Positions 9,934-19,144 of a stretch of 64,000 nucleotides of DNA are shown here, in pieces. Source of the stretch: Thermococcaceae archaeon (GTDB taxonomy: Archaea; Methanobacteriota_B; Thermococci; Thermococcales; Thermococcaceae). The notes under the pieces were generated by a model. It worked only from the letters and a program-made list of their open reading frames with translations. It was not told the DNA's origin and ran no database searches. How positions within the stretch are numbered: position 1 is the first letter of the stretch; each line of letters opens with the position of its first letter. A program made the position numbers and the translations under genes. The stretch is from contig JASGLT010000010.1 of the NCBI GenBank assembly GCA_030156945.1, positions 1,068 through 65,067 on the forward strand. Reading direction: 5' to 3'.

Positions 9934-10778
9934 TCTTCCCACCCCATCATCTTCTTGGCCCTCTTTATGTACTCAAGGTACTCCCTAACGAGCCCCGGTC
10001 TGTCCCTGTCGGCAAACTCGCCGATGACTATCTTGCCCTCGAGCTCTTCAGGCGGCATCTTCTTCGCCTTCGCGAGCGGGACGGTTATCTTCTGGTACCA
10101 GCGGATAAGCTCCGGAGCGGTCTTCATCCTGTTCCTCCTTCCGAAGCTGATCGGACATGGCGAGAGGAACTCCACGAGCGTGAAGCCCTCCTTCTGAAGG
10201 GCTTTCTTTATGCTGTTTATGCCCTGAAGGTAGTTGAAGACCGTCCACCTGGCCACGTAGTTGGCCCCGGCAGAAACCGCGAGCTGGGCTATGTCAAACG
10301 GGTTCTCGAACTGGCCGTAGGGAGCGGTCGTCCCCTTGAGACCCTTGAGTGCCGTCGGGGCGACCTGGCCGCCAGTCATTCCGTAGGTGAAGTTGTTGAT
10401 GAGGATAACGGTGACGTCGAGGTTCCTCCTTATGGCGTGGATGAGATGGTTTCCGCCGATAGCTGCTGCATCCCCGTCTCCCATGAAGGCTATTATCTTG
10501 AGGTCTGGGTTTGTCAGCTTTATTCCCGTCGCGAAGGCTAAAGCCCTTCCGTGGGTCGTGTGAAGACCGTCGAAGTTAACAAAACCCGGAACGCGGGAGG
10601 AACAGCCGATACCGCTCACCCAGACTATCTCGTCCTGGTTCAGGCCGAGATCGTCTATTGCCCTGAGCGTGAACTGGAGGACTGAGCCTATACCACAGCC
10701 TGGACAGAATATCGTCGGGAGCATGTCCTTCCTGAGGTACTTCTCGCGTATCTCGTAAGCGGACTTCAGGTACATCAT
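9930..10778 (-). CDS. korB: 2-oxoacid:ferredoxin oxidoreductase beta subunit (copy 2)
   Basis: 'FCPGCG', 'SGIGCS', 'HTTHGRA', TPP motif 'GDGD...NN', 'GMTGGQ'. Confidence 0.95.
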   Translation of the reverse strand: MMYLKSAYEIREKYLRKDMLPTIFCPGCGIGSVLQFTLRAIDDLGLNQDEIVWVSGIGCSSRVPGFVNFDGLHTTHGRALAFATGIKLTNPDLKIIAFMGDGDAAAIGGNHLIHAIRRNLDVTVILINNFTYGMTGGQVAPTALKGLKGTTAPYGQFENPFDIAQLAVSAGANYVARWTVFNYLQGINSIKKALQKEGFTLVEFLSPCPISFGRRNRMKTAPELIRWYQKITVPLAKAKKMPPEELEGKIVIGEFADRDRPGLVREYLEYIKRAKKMMGWEE

Positions 10779-11923
10779 CCCACCACCCTCTCGACTATCT
10801 CCATTGGAGTATGAACCTCGCCGCCTATCTTGCTTATCAGCTCAACCTCGGCCTTTCCGTTCGCTCCTTCCTTGACGAGGTGGTAGAGCTGTCCCATGTT
10901 CATCTCCGGAACGAAGATTTTCTTCACCTGCTCAGCCAGCTCCTCTATCATGTCGAAGTCAAAGGGCCATATCGTGTTGAGCTTGAGCAGTCCAGCCTTG
11001 ATGCCCTTCTCGCGGAGGATTTTAACGGCCCTGATGGCGGAGCGGGAGACGATACCTGTAGAGACTATCGCAACCTCCGCATCTTCAAGTTCGAACTTCT
11101 CATAACTGATTATGTCGTGCTTGTTGTTCTCTATCTTGCCGATGATCCTCTTTATGAGCCTCTCGTGGACTTCCGCATCAACGGTCTTTGGCCTTCCGCG
11201 CTCGTCGTGGGTCAGCCCCGTGACGTACGTCCGGTAGCCCTTTCCGAAGATCGGCATCGACGGAATTCCATCGCCGTGCGGGTCGCCGAAGGGAAGCCTT
11301 GCTTCTTCCTCGTTCTGCGGGAGTTTGCGGTAAACGAGTTCGATATCGTCCGGGTTCGGGATGTAAACGCGCTCTCTCATGTGGGCCACTTCCGCGTCGG
11401 TGAGAAGAACAACCGGAGTTCTGTACTTTTCAGCTAAGTTGAACGCCTTTATCGTGAAGTCGAAGGCCTCCTGGACGGTAGATGGAGAAAGGACTATGAG
11501 GGTGTGGTCGCCGTGGGTGCCCCAGATCGACTGCATTATGTCGCCCTGGGCGGCAAGCGTCGGCTGACCCGTACTCGGCCCACTCCTCTGGACGTTTACA
11601 ACAACAATTGGCGTCTCGGTCATCACGGCGTAACCAATGTTCTCCTGCATGAGTGAGAAACCCGGCCCGGAGGTAGCCGTCATCGCCTTCGCTCCGGCCC
11701 AGGAAGCTCCGATGATGGCCGCTATGCTCGCTATTTCGTCCTCCATCTGTATGCTCACGCCGTCAACGAGCGGCATGTAGAGGGCCATCGCCTCGAATAT
11801 CTCGCTGGCCGGCGTTATCGGGTAGCCAGCGTAGAAACGGCAACCAGCCAAAATAGCTGCCCTCGCTATGGCCTCATCACCCTGAATGAAATCAGCCTTT
11901 CCAACGGGAAACGGGTATCTCAT
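10775..11923 (-). CDS. korA: 2-oxoacid:ferredoxin oxidoreductase alpha subunit (copy 2)
   Basis: 'FYAGYPITPASEI', 'QMEDE', 'TATSGPGFSLMQE', 'QRSGPSTG', 'EMNMGQ'. Confidence 0.95.
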   Translation of the reverse strand: MRYPFPVGKADFIQGDEAIARAAILAGCRFYAGYPITPASEIFEAMALYMPLVDGVSIQMEDEIASIAAIIGASWAGAKAMTATSGPGFSLMQENIGYAVMTETPIVVVNVQRSGPSTGQPTLAAQGDIMQSIWGTHGDHTLIVLSPSTVQEAFDFTIKAFNLAEKYRTPVVLLTDAEVAHMRERVYIPNPDDIELVYRKLPQNEEEARLPFGDPHGDGIPSMPIFGKGYRTYVTGLTHDERGRPKTVDAEVHERLIKRIIGKIENNKHDIISYEKFELEDAEVAIVSTGIVSRSAIRAVKILREKGIKAGLLKLNTIWPFDFDMIEELAEQVKKIFVPEMNMGQLYHLVKEGANGKAEVELISKIGGEVHTPMEIVERVVG

Positions 11924-12432
11924 TTCAATCCCTCCTCATAGCCGGCCCTAAAGGCGCGAAGGTTTATCTCCTCGGTTCCCTTCGGGACGCGCCTTCTTAT
12001 GGCCTCTTCAACGTTTTCCTTTTTCACGACGCCAGTCTTCGCAACGAGGTAGCCAAGGGCCACCATGTTGACCGTCAGAGCAAGTCCCGTCGTTTCCTCG
12101 GCAAGTCTCGTGAACGGAGCACCCACGTAGTCCCTATCGGGCTTAACGAGGTCGGTGTCAATGATTAAAAGGCCGTCCTCTTTGAGGGAGTCCTTAACGG
12201 TGTCGTAGCCGAGCTGGTGAAGAGCAACAAGAACATCTGCCTCGGTGACCATAACATCGTAGATGGGTTCTTTAGAGATTATCACGTCCGCTATCGAGTG
12301 ACCGCCCCTGCTGGCCGAGCTGTAGTCCTGCGTCTGAAGGACGTTGAGGCCCTCGATTGCGGCGGCTTCACCGAGGATGACACCGGCCAGGACGACGCCC
12401 TGACCGCCTATACCAGCGAGTCTAATCTGCAT
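11920..12432 (-). CDS. korC: 2-oxoacid:ferredoxin oxidoreductase gamma subunit (copy 1)
   Basis: 'IRLAGIGGQGVVLAG', 'SRGGHS', 'VNMVALG'. Confidence 0.92.
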   Translation of the reverse strand: MQIRLAGIGGQGVVLAGVILGEAAAIEGLNVLQTQDYSSASRGGHSIADVIISKEPIYDVMVTEADVLVALHQLGYDTVKDSLKEDGLLIIDTDLVKPDRDYVGAPFTRLAEETTGLALTVNMVALGYLVAKTGVVKKENVEEAIRRRVPKGTEEINLRAFRAGYEEGLK

Positions 12433-12817
12433 CGTTCTTCCCCTCCAGATAGGATTTTGTGAAGGTCAAAAACTCCTCAGCGTACTTCAAAATCTCTCTC
12501 GCGTCCCTTTCAGTGTACTCGACGAAAGCATCATAATCGGCCGTGTGGCGCATGTTAAGCGCTTTTGAGTAGCCTGTGTAGAGCCTTGCGGGCATTTCTC
12601 CGGTCTTCACGAACTCCCTTCCGAGCTGGGCATGAACTCCAGCGTGGCTCTTCGGTGTTATGCCCTTGAACAAGAGAAGCGCCCTCGCGCAGTAGAACAT
12701 AACGTAGTAGGCGCTTGAGATGGCGAAGGCATAGTGGCCCCTCTCAAAAAGCTCCTCAGTTGCCTGGAGTCTTTCTTCAGCCTTTCTGATGAGTGCCCTG
12801 ATCTCGTCCAAGTTCAT
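12422..12817 (-). CDS. HEPN domain protein (partner of a minimal nucleotidyltransferase)
   Basis: 'AISSAYYVMFYCARALL', 'KSHAGV', 'RHTADYD' (RX4Y). Coupled to the upstream MNT by an ATGA overlap. Confidence 0.9.
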   Translation of the reverse strand: MNLDEIRALIRKAEERLQATEELFERGHYAFAISSAYYVMFYCARALLLFKGITPKSHAGVHAQLGREFVKTGEMPARLYTGYSKALNMRHTADYDAFVEYTERDAREILKYAEEFLTFTKSYLEGKNDAD

Positions 12818-13101
12818 ACTGGGATTCCCCCCATTTTTGCCGTGTTGTAGAGGCTGTCCTTCTTGGAAGTGTGAGGCACTATCATGACTGAGATCCCGAG
12901 CTCGAGGGTGAGTTCTGCGCTCAGCTTTCCTATCTCGTCCCAGTCCTCGGGTTTTATCCCGTCTTTGAGGACAAGGAGAACGTCGAGGTCGCTGTCTTCC
13001 CTGTACTCCCCCCTAACCCTTGAGCCGAAGATAATGACCTCCTCTACCCTGTCCCCAAAGGCCTCCCTCAGCCTTCTGCCGATGACCTCAAACTCCATCA
13101 T
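12814..13101 (-). CDS. Minimal nucleotidyltransferase (MNT)
   Basis: 'IIFGSRVRGEYREDSDLDVLLV' is the GS...DxD motif; GGTGA RBS before ATG 13101. Confidence 0.9.
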   Translation of the reverse strand: MMEFEVIGRRLREAFGDRVEEVIIFGSRVRGEYREDSDLDVLLVLKDGIKPEDWDEIGKLSAELTLELGISVMIVPHTSKKDSLYNTAKMGGIPV

Positions 13102-13954
13102 CTTCACCCTTAAGCCCAAAGTGCTCTTGAACTTCATCTATCAGCTTGTTGAGCTCGCTAACGAACTCGGGCCTCTCCCTGTTCACGAACTCCCCGATGA
13201 CGAACTTGCCCTCAAGTTCTTCTGGCGACATCTTCTTCGCCTTGCTTATGGGAACTGAATTCTTTAGGAACCAGCGGAGCATCTCGGCGGGTTCCTTCAT
13301 CCTGTTCCTCCTTCCGAACTGAACTGGACACTGGGAAACCACTTCCACGAGCGAGAATCCCTTAACCTGAAGGGCCTTCTTTATGCTCTCAATGAGCTGG
13401 TAGACGTGGGCCGTTGTCCAGCGGGCGACGTAGGAGGCCCCGGCAGCAGCCACCGTCTCGCTTATCTGGAGCGGGTGCTCTATGTTGCGGTATGGGCTTG
13501 TGGTCGTCTTCGCACCGAAGGGCGTCGTTGGGGCAACCTGGCCGCCAGTCATTCCGTATATCATATTGTTAACTAAGATGACCGTTATGTCGATGTTCCT
13601 CCTCGCGGCGTGGATGAGGTGGTTCCCACCTATGCTGGCCAGATCACCGTCTCCACTTATTACGACGACCTTCTTGTCGGGAAGTCCGACCTTAACGCCG
13701 GTTGCAAAGGCTATAGCCCTGCCGTGCGTCGTGTGGAGCGTGTCGGCAAGGAAATACGGTGAGGCTATCCAGGCGGAACAGCCGATACCGCTGACGACAA
13801 CAAGGTCTTTGGGGTCTATCCTGAGCTGGTCAACGGCGTTTGCGAAAGCATTCAGAACCGTTCCCCCACCACAGCCGGGACAGAGAGCAGTGGGAAGTGC
13901 CTCCTTTCTCAAGTATTTGACCATCGGATAGCGTGAGTAGATTTCCTTCGCCAT
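13088..13954 (-). CDS. korB: 2-oxoacid:ferredoxin oxidoreductase beta subunit (copy 1)
   Basis: 'LCPGCG', 'SGIGCS', 'HTTHGRA', 'SGDGD', 'GMTGGQ'. Confidence 0.95.
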   Translation of the reverse strand: MAKEIYSRYPMVKYLRKEALPTALCPGCGGGTVLNAFANAVDQLRIDPKDLVVVSGIGCSAWIASPYFLADTLHTTHGRAIAFATGVKVGLPDKKVVVISGDGDLASIGGNHLIHAARRNIDITVILVNNMIYGMTGGQVAPTTPFGAKTTTSPYRNIEHPLQISETVAAAGASYVARWTTAHVYQLIESIKKALQVKGFSLVEVVSQCPVQFGRRNRMKEPAEMLRWFLKNSVPISKAKKMSPEELEGKFVIGEFVNRERPEFVSELNKLIDEVQEHFGLKGEDDGV

Positions 13955-15144
13955 CAGGCAACACCCCTTATCTCGCGGAGAATTTCCTTAACTGTGAGCG
14001 GAACGCCGCCGATCTTGTTCACGCCCTTGAGGAGAACGTCGTCGTTGACATACCTCTGAACCTCCAGTATCATCTGGCCGAGGTTCATCTCCGGGACGAG
14101 TACGGCCCGGACTTTCTTTCCAAGCGCCCTCATCTGCTCCCCCGGGAACGGGTGGACTGTCTTGGGTACGAAGAGCCCGGCTTTGATGCCCTCTTCCCTC
14201 GCCTTTAGAACTGCCCCGAGGGCCGGCCTTGCCGTTACACCCCAGCTGACGACGAGAATTTCCGCGTCGTCCGTGAAGTACTCCTCGTACTTTTCATAGA
14301 CGTGCCTGTTCTGCTCGATCTTCCTGTGGAGTCTCCTCACGAGCCTGTCGTGGACTTCGGGGGTGTAAACGTCCCTTAGTCCGTTCTCCTTGTGAGTTGA
14401 ACCTGTGACGTGGGTGAAGTAGCCGTGGCCGAAGAGGGGCATGGGCGGAACGCCGTCACCGTGCGGGTCTCCAAAGGGAAGCCTGGCCTCTTCTTCATTC
14501 CGCGGAAGCTTGCGGTAGGTAATTTCAACTTCCTCCACATCGGGTATCTTGACGAGCTCCCTCGTGTGGGCAAGAACACCGTCGAAGAGCACCAAAACCG
14601 GTGTTCTAAGCTTCTCGGCTATGTTGAACGCCCTGATTGTCTCCCAGAAGGCGTCCTGCCCGCTCGTCGGTGAGACCGCCACAATCGGGTGGTCGCCATG
14701 GGTTCCCCAGCGGGCCTGGAAGAAGTCTCCCTGGGCACCTTTGGTCGCCTGACCGGTGGAGGGACCGCTCCTTTGAACGTCAACGAGGACGAGCGGTGTC
14801 TCGGTCATCACAGCGTAGCCGAGGTTCTCCTGCATGAGACTGAAACCTGGGCCTGCGGTTGCCGTCATGACCTTGAGGCCCGTCCAGGATGCACCGACCA
14901 TCGCCGCTATGCTCCCTATCTCGTCCTCCATCTGAAGATAGTAGCCACCGAGCTTTGGAAGCTCCCTCGCCATCGTCTCGGCTATCTCGCTTGAGGGGGT
15001 TATCGGATAGCCCGCGTAGAAGCGGCAACCGGCGAAGATAGCCCCATAGGCAACGGCCTCGTTGCCCTGCATGAAGTAGTTGCCGGGTTTGTAGAGCTTC
15101 TTGATGAGCCTGATCTGCTCAGGCTCGTCGCCGCGGATTATCAT
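13954..15144 (-). CDS. korA: 2-oxoacid:ferredoxin oxidoreductase alpha subunit (copy 1)
   Basis: 'FYAGYPITPSSEI', 'QMEDE', 'TATAGPGFSLMQE', 'QRSGPSTG'. Confidence 0.95.
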   Translation of the reverse strand: MIIRGDEPEQIRLIKKLYKPGNYFMQGNEAVAYGAIFAGCRFYAGYPITPSSEIAETMARELPKLGGYYLQMEDEIGSIAAMVGASWTGLKVMTATAGPGFSLMQENLGYAVMTETPLVLVDVQRSGPSTGQATKGAQGDFFQARWGTHGDHPIVAVSPTSGQDAFWETIRAFNIAEKLRTPVLVLFDGVLAHTRELVKIPDVEEVEITYRKLPRNEEEARLPFGDPHGDGVPPMPLFGHGYFTHVTGSTHKENGLRDVYTPEVHDRLVRRLHRKIEQNRHVYEKYEEYFTDDAEILVVSWGVTARPALGAVLKAREEGIKAGLFVPKTVHPFPGEQMRALGKKVRAVLVPEMNLGQMILEVQRYVNDDVLLKGVNKIGGVPLTVKEILREIRGVA

Positions 15145-15147
15145 GCC

Positions 15148-15420
15148 TCACCACCTTACCGCTATGGCAAAGTCCGGGCAAAGGAGCTCACAGAGCTTGC
15201 ACTTGACGCACTTTTCGGCGTTGACCGGGACAGGATAGTGGACTCCCTTTTCGCTCAGCTCCTTGCTCCACTCATACACTTTCCTAGGACACATTTCGAC
15301 GCAGATTCCACACCCCTTGCACAGAAAAGTATCGATGTCGATCTCAACTATGCCCTCAGCCTTGCCGATAACGAGGTATCCTTCCTTTTCAATGGCTGTC
15401 TTGGTTTCGACATCTGCCAT
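15148..15420 (-). CDS. korD: 2-oxoacid:ferredoxin oxidoreductase delta subunit (2x[4Fe-4S] ferredoxin)
   Basis: 'CKGCGICVEMCP' and 'CVKCKLCELLCP'; first gene of the operon. Confidence 0.93.
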   Translation of the reverse strand: MADVETKTAIEKEGYLVIGKAEGIVEIDIDTFLCKGCGICVEMCPRKVYEWSKELSEKGVHYPVPVNAEKCVKCKLCELLCPDFAIAVRW

Positions 15421-15792
15421 AATCATCACCCGCAATCTGCTAACCCCGTTTACGTTTGTCAACATTTAAAGCTTTCGTGGGTGGACAGGAATGTACGCAA
15501 AAGAAGTATCGGCGTGATACATGCACTAAGCGAAAAAAATGAAAAAATGAACACTATTATGCGAAGGAAGTTCATTCCCTTACTAAATGCTCCCAACCTC
15601 TAAGTCTAACTCTTCTCGATCCCCCGAACTCTTGAGTTGTAGTCATAAACGAGAAATCTTATAAGTGTCAACAACTTATTATCTGTGGTGATACTGACCA
15701 CCGAGTAAAGGGTTGAAAGTGAAAACCACTTCACGGGGACAACTGGAGGTAGAGTAGTTACCTTTGAGGGTAATTCCAGAGGAGGTGGTTCA

Positions 15793-16236
15793 TTGAAGGT
15801 CAAAAAGATTACGTTCACAGCCATTGTTTTCATTCTCGTAGAATTCCTGACCCTTCTCCTCATCCCTGAAGACTACTACGTCAAATCCTTATGTTGGTCT
15901 CTCAGCCCGCCCGCCTGCAATTCCTACTTTGACCCCTCAACGGAGTTTTTCCTTCTCGTGGCACTGCCTTTCGCAATTTTTGCAGCCTTGGGAGCAGTAA
16001 GAAGATGGAAAGAAGGTGTTATGGTTTTTTCCTCAGCTGGTATAGCCTTGCTTGTGGGACTTCTAATCCTTAAGCTTACGGACATGCCTCTCCTGGCATT
16101 CTCAGCAGTACTCTTTCCTGCACTCCTGCCGGACAAAAGAAATAGAAGAGTACGGGAGACCTCCATAGGCATAGTTCTCATAACCCTCCTGCTGATTTGG
16201 CTGATTGCAAGAATGGGGACAGCGAAAGCCATATGA
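15793..16236 (+). CDS. Hypothetical membrane protein
   Basis: GGAGGTG RBS before TTG 15793; about 4-5 hydrophobic helices; Cys pair in the first loop (CWSLSPPAC). Confidence 0.7.
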   Translation: MKVKKITFTAIVFILVEFLTLLLIPEDYYVKSLCWSLSPPACNSYFDPSTEFFLLVALPFAIFAALGAVRRWKEGVMVFSSAGIALLVGLLILKLTDMPLLAFSAVLFPALLPDKRNRRVRETSIGIVLITLLLIWLIARMGTAKAI

Positions 16237-16285
16237 CAATCCAAAGGAGGCCTGAGCATGGATAAAAATTCTGAGGGGGGCTTCA

Positions 16286-16756
16286 ATGAGGCTCAGGAAT
16301 TCCCTCCTGCATCTTTCCATTCTCGGTCTGGCCACCGTTTGGGAAATCTTTCTTGCCTACCAGCGCTGGCTGGAGAGGTACTACATCAGAAGCGAGGGAA
16401 TTAAGCTCTGGGATGGAATCTTTACATGCCACAGATGGTACTCGCCAACTGCCCTCTTTGCCGTCCTCGTCCTCCTCCCACCCATAATCCTCCTCGCGCT
16501 GTACTCTTACTACAAAAAACCGCTCCTCAAAAAATCTGGTTTATCAATAGGAGTACCGATACTCACAGCGGTGCTGGCGCCTCTGGTTTCCGACGATGGT
16601 ATACTGTGGCTGGGGGGAATCCTCATTGCCTCAATCATGAGCGGCATTGTTCTCGGAGAAGACAAATTAGAAAAGGGTATCCTAGCAATCCAAGGTTTCT
16701 TCCCAGCTTTTATAATCCTCACGATTATAGGTGGAAACCTCCACGTTGCGTGCTGA
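16286..16756 (+). CDS. Hypothetical membrane protein, paralogue of 19578-20045
   Basis: Hydrophobic. Shares 'AT.WE.FLAY', 'LKKSGLS.G', 'LGEDK.EK..LAIQGF.PA' and a terminal Cys with 19578-20045. Confidence 0.8.
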   Translation: MRLRNSLLHLSILGLATVWEIFLAYQRWLERYYIRSEGIKLWDGIFTCHRWYSPTALFAVLVLLPPIILLALYSYYKKPLLKKSGLSIGVPILTAVLAPLVSDDGILWLGGILIASIMSGIVLGEDKLEKGILAIQGFFPAFIILTIIGGNLHVAC

Positions 16757-16799
16757 TGTCCTCACAGCGGAGAAAATAGAAAACAAAAACCCGAAGACT

Positions 16800-17774
16800 T
16801 CACCACGTAACCAGCTGCCAGTCAAGGAGGCCGTTCTCGACGATGTGCTCCCATCTATCTCTGCATTCTGGCTTCAGGTTCTCTATATAGCTCAAATCCT
16901 GCGTCGCTGAAAACTTCTTTATGGCCTTGCCGATGACTTTGTCATAGTCGGTGAGGCAGTTGTGCGGGCCGCGCTTCGAGCCTGCCCCAACTGGGTCGCT
17001 CAGGATTCTCTTCTCTGGGAACTTCCTCTTCGCCCAGATGAGAACCTCGACCGCGCTCCAGAGCCACGGCGGGCGGTATTCCTTCTTCTCCCAGAGCCTC
17101 TCGTAGAGCGTTCCCTTCTGGATGTCCGTTATGTTGATGGAGAAGGTGTCCGTGTAGGGTTCTGCCTTGATTATGCTCTCCTTGGCATCCTCTATTCCGT
17201 CACGCTCGGAGAGGAAGATTGGCTTGAGTAGAAGGTAAGTCTTAACCTTGGCGCCCGCTTTGTGGGTTATCTCTGCCGCCTTCACGAAGTCGGCAAAGGT
17301 GTTCCCCTTGTTTATGGAGACGTCGGCTATGTCGTCGTTTGCCGTCTCAAGTCCTATGGCCACCTCAAAGTGCTTGTCGGGGACTATCTCGGCAAGCTCC
17401 CTAACGGCGTCATATCTGACAAGCTCGCTCCTGCTCTCGATGACGATCTCCTCGACGTTATCCATATCTGCAAGAACTTCAAAGATTTTCCTTCTCGTTT
17501 CAGGCTTAAGCTCGCCGTTGTCGAGGAATGAGCCAGAGGTGAACATCCTCACCGCAAAGGGCCCCTTCTTACCTTCGATTTTCTTGAGGGCTTCCTTAAC
17601 ATAGTTCACTATCGCCTCCTGGCACCACTTCACCTTCGGCGCGGCGGTTGGATAGGAGCACATGTAGCACGGCTCTCCGACGCGGAAGCGGTAACAGCCT
17701 ATAGTGGGTAGGATTATGAAGAGGGCGGTTCCAGTCTTCCCGGCCACGTTGTCCTCGCTCGTCCAGTACGTCAT
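16800..17774 (-). CDS. Archaeosine biosynthesis radical SAM protein RaSEA (TIGR01210-like)
   Basis: 'IILPTIGCYRFRVGEPCYMCSY' (CX8CX2C), 'FTSGSFLD', 'IGLETAND', 'YRPPWLWS', 'GPHNC'. Confidence 0.88.
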   Translation of the reverse strand: MTYWTSEDNVAGKTGTALFIILPTIGCYRFRVGEPCYMCSYPTAAPKVKWCQEAIVNYVKEALKKIEGKKGPFAVRMFTSGSFLDNGELKPETRRKIFEVLADMDNVEEIVIESRSELVRYDAVRELAEIVPDKHFEVAIGLETANDDIADVSINKGNTFADFVKAAEITHKAGAKVKTYLLLKPIFLSERDGIEDAKESIIKAEPYTDTFSINITDIQKGTLYERLWEKKEYRPPWLWSAVEVLIWAKRKFPEKRILSDPVGAGSKRGPHNCLTDYDKVIGKAIKKFSATQDLSYIENLKPECRDRWEHIVENGLLDWQLVTW

Positions 17775-17828
17775 TTTCTCACCTGAGGCAGGCTTGGAAA
17801 TAGGGTTTTTAAAGGTGTGTGCTTCCCC

Positions 17829-18050
17829 TCAGGCTCTTTTTGGTAACTCCCACGAGGTTTGAGGGGTTAGAACCTCGATCCCCCAGGCTTCCGCTCTAAA
17901 AATGCCTCATCGGGCACTATCAGGAGCTTTCTGCAGTCAAACCGGCCCAGTTTGTTCTCGAGCTTCGCTATCTCCTCGCGTCTGACGTGGGATTTCCTTG
18001 GCCTTCCCAGTTATTTTTTCGAGTTCGATTCTTCGTGGTAATGATTCCCC
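17829..18050 (-). pseudogene. Internally deleted archaeal ATPase (ATP-binding protein) remnant
   Basis: Minus strand reads 'LPRRIELEKITGK', then in another frame 'KSHVRREEIAKLENKLGRFDCRKLLIVPDEAFLERKPG', then after a frameshift 'IEVLTPQT'. These resemble the N- and C-termini of Thermococcales AAA/PD-(D/E)xK ATP-binding proteins as I recall them. Confidence 0.45.
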
Positions 18051-18078
18051 ACCGGAATCATTCAGGAGACTTCCTGAA
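18041..18078. promoter_or_regulatory. Two abutting short inverted repeats upstream of surE
   Basis: ATGATTCC-ccacc-GGAATCAT (18041-18061) and TTCAGGA-gact-TCCTGAA (18061-18078); TATA-like TTTTAAG at about 18113-18119. Confidence 0.35.
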
Positions 18079-18140
18079 CTGCCCCAAGGATGTCCGTCCA
18101 TGATGTGAGACTTTTTAAGGGTGGTGTCTAATTCTAACCC

Positions 18141-18929
18141 ATGCCTAAGATACTTCTCACCAACGACGACGGGATTTACTCCAGAGGGATTAGGGCGGCG
18201 GTTAAAGCGCTCAGCGAGCTCGGCGAGGTCTACGTGGTTGCTCCCCTCTTCCAGCGGAGTGCGAGTGGAAGAGCAATGACACTCCACAGGCCGATAAGGG
18301 CGAAGCTCGTTGGCGTGCCCGGTGCTAAGGCCGCCTACGGGATAGACGGCACTCCAACGGACTGCGTTATCTTCGCAATGGCGCGCTTTGGAGGGTTCGA
18401 TCTTGCGGTGAGCGGGATAAACCTTGGGGAGAACCTCAGCACGGAGATAACAGTTTCCGGAACTGCCTCTGCCGCGATAGAAGCTGCTACACACGGGATT
18501 CCCAGCATAGCCATAAGCCTTGAGGTGGACTGGAAGAAGACCCTCGGGGAAGGAGAGGGCATCGACTTCTCGGTGTCGGCTCTTTTTCTCCGCAGAATCG
18601 CCGAGGCAATCCTCAGGAGAGGCCTTCCCGAAGGGGTGGACATGCTCAACGTGAACGTGCCGAGTGATGCTACACCAGAAACGCCAATCGCCATAACAAG
18701 ACTTGCCAGAAAGCGCTACTGTCCGACGGTGGAAGAGCGCGTTGACCCGAGAGGGCATCCGTACTACTGGATAGTGGGAAGGAGGACCGCCGAGTTCGAG
18801 CCGGGAACGGACGCTCACGCTCTCAAGGTGGAGAGGAAGGTCAGTGTTACGCCGATAAACATCGACATGACCGCGAGAGTGGATTTTGAGAGTGTTATGA
18901 AAATCCTAAATGGAAATACACAAACCTGA
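18141..18929 (+). CDS. surE: 5'/3'-nucleotidase SurE
   Basis: 'ILLTNDDGIYS', 'GTPTDCV', 'SGINLGENL', 'SGT', 'VSVTPI'. Confidence 0.97.
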   Translation: MPKILLTNDDGIYSRGIRAAVKALSELGEVYVVAPLFQRSASGRAMTLHRPIRAKLVGVPGAKAAYGIDGTPTDCVIFAMARFGGFDLAVSGINLGENLSTEITVSGTASAAIEAATHGIPSIAISLEVDWKKTLGEGEGIDFSVSALFLRRIAEAILRRGLPEGVDMLNVNVPSDATPETPIAITRLARKRYCPTVEERVDPRGHPYYWIVGRRTAEFEPGTDAHALKVERKVSVTPINIDMTARVDFESVMKILNGNTQT

Positions 18930-19144
18930 GCATGCAACCGCTCAGATTTGTTTTTACATTTGCGAGACTGCCGGTACATACTGCAACAATTCAATGAAGC
19001 ATCGGCTGTTAGGAGAGGCGCCAAGAATTATGGAACTGTACTAACTATTTGGGATAACATACCCAGTTAAGCACGAAAGTAAAAAATAATATACATAGAA
19101 AACTTTTTAAGAAGTTTTGTGCATATTAAGTTTGGTGGCCCATC

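Noticed and set aside
15454-15463. SurR-like sites at the kor promoter (GTTTGTCAAC) and the WOR5 promoter (49375-49384, 49416-49425)
   Set aside because: Spacing is GTT-N4-AAC rather than the GTT-N3-AAC consensus, and they overlap AT-rich promoter sequence.
15600-15790. AT-rich stretch upstream of the membrane-protein pair, possibly the tail of a lost secreted gene
   Set aside because: All frames contain early stops and no motif is recognisable.
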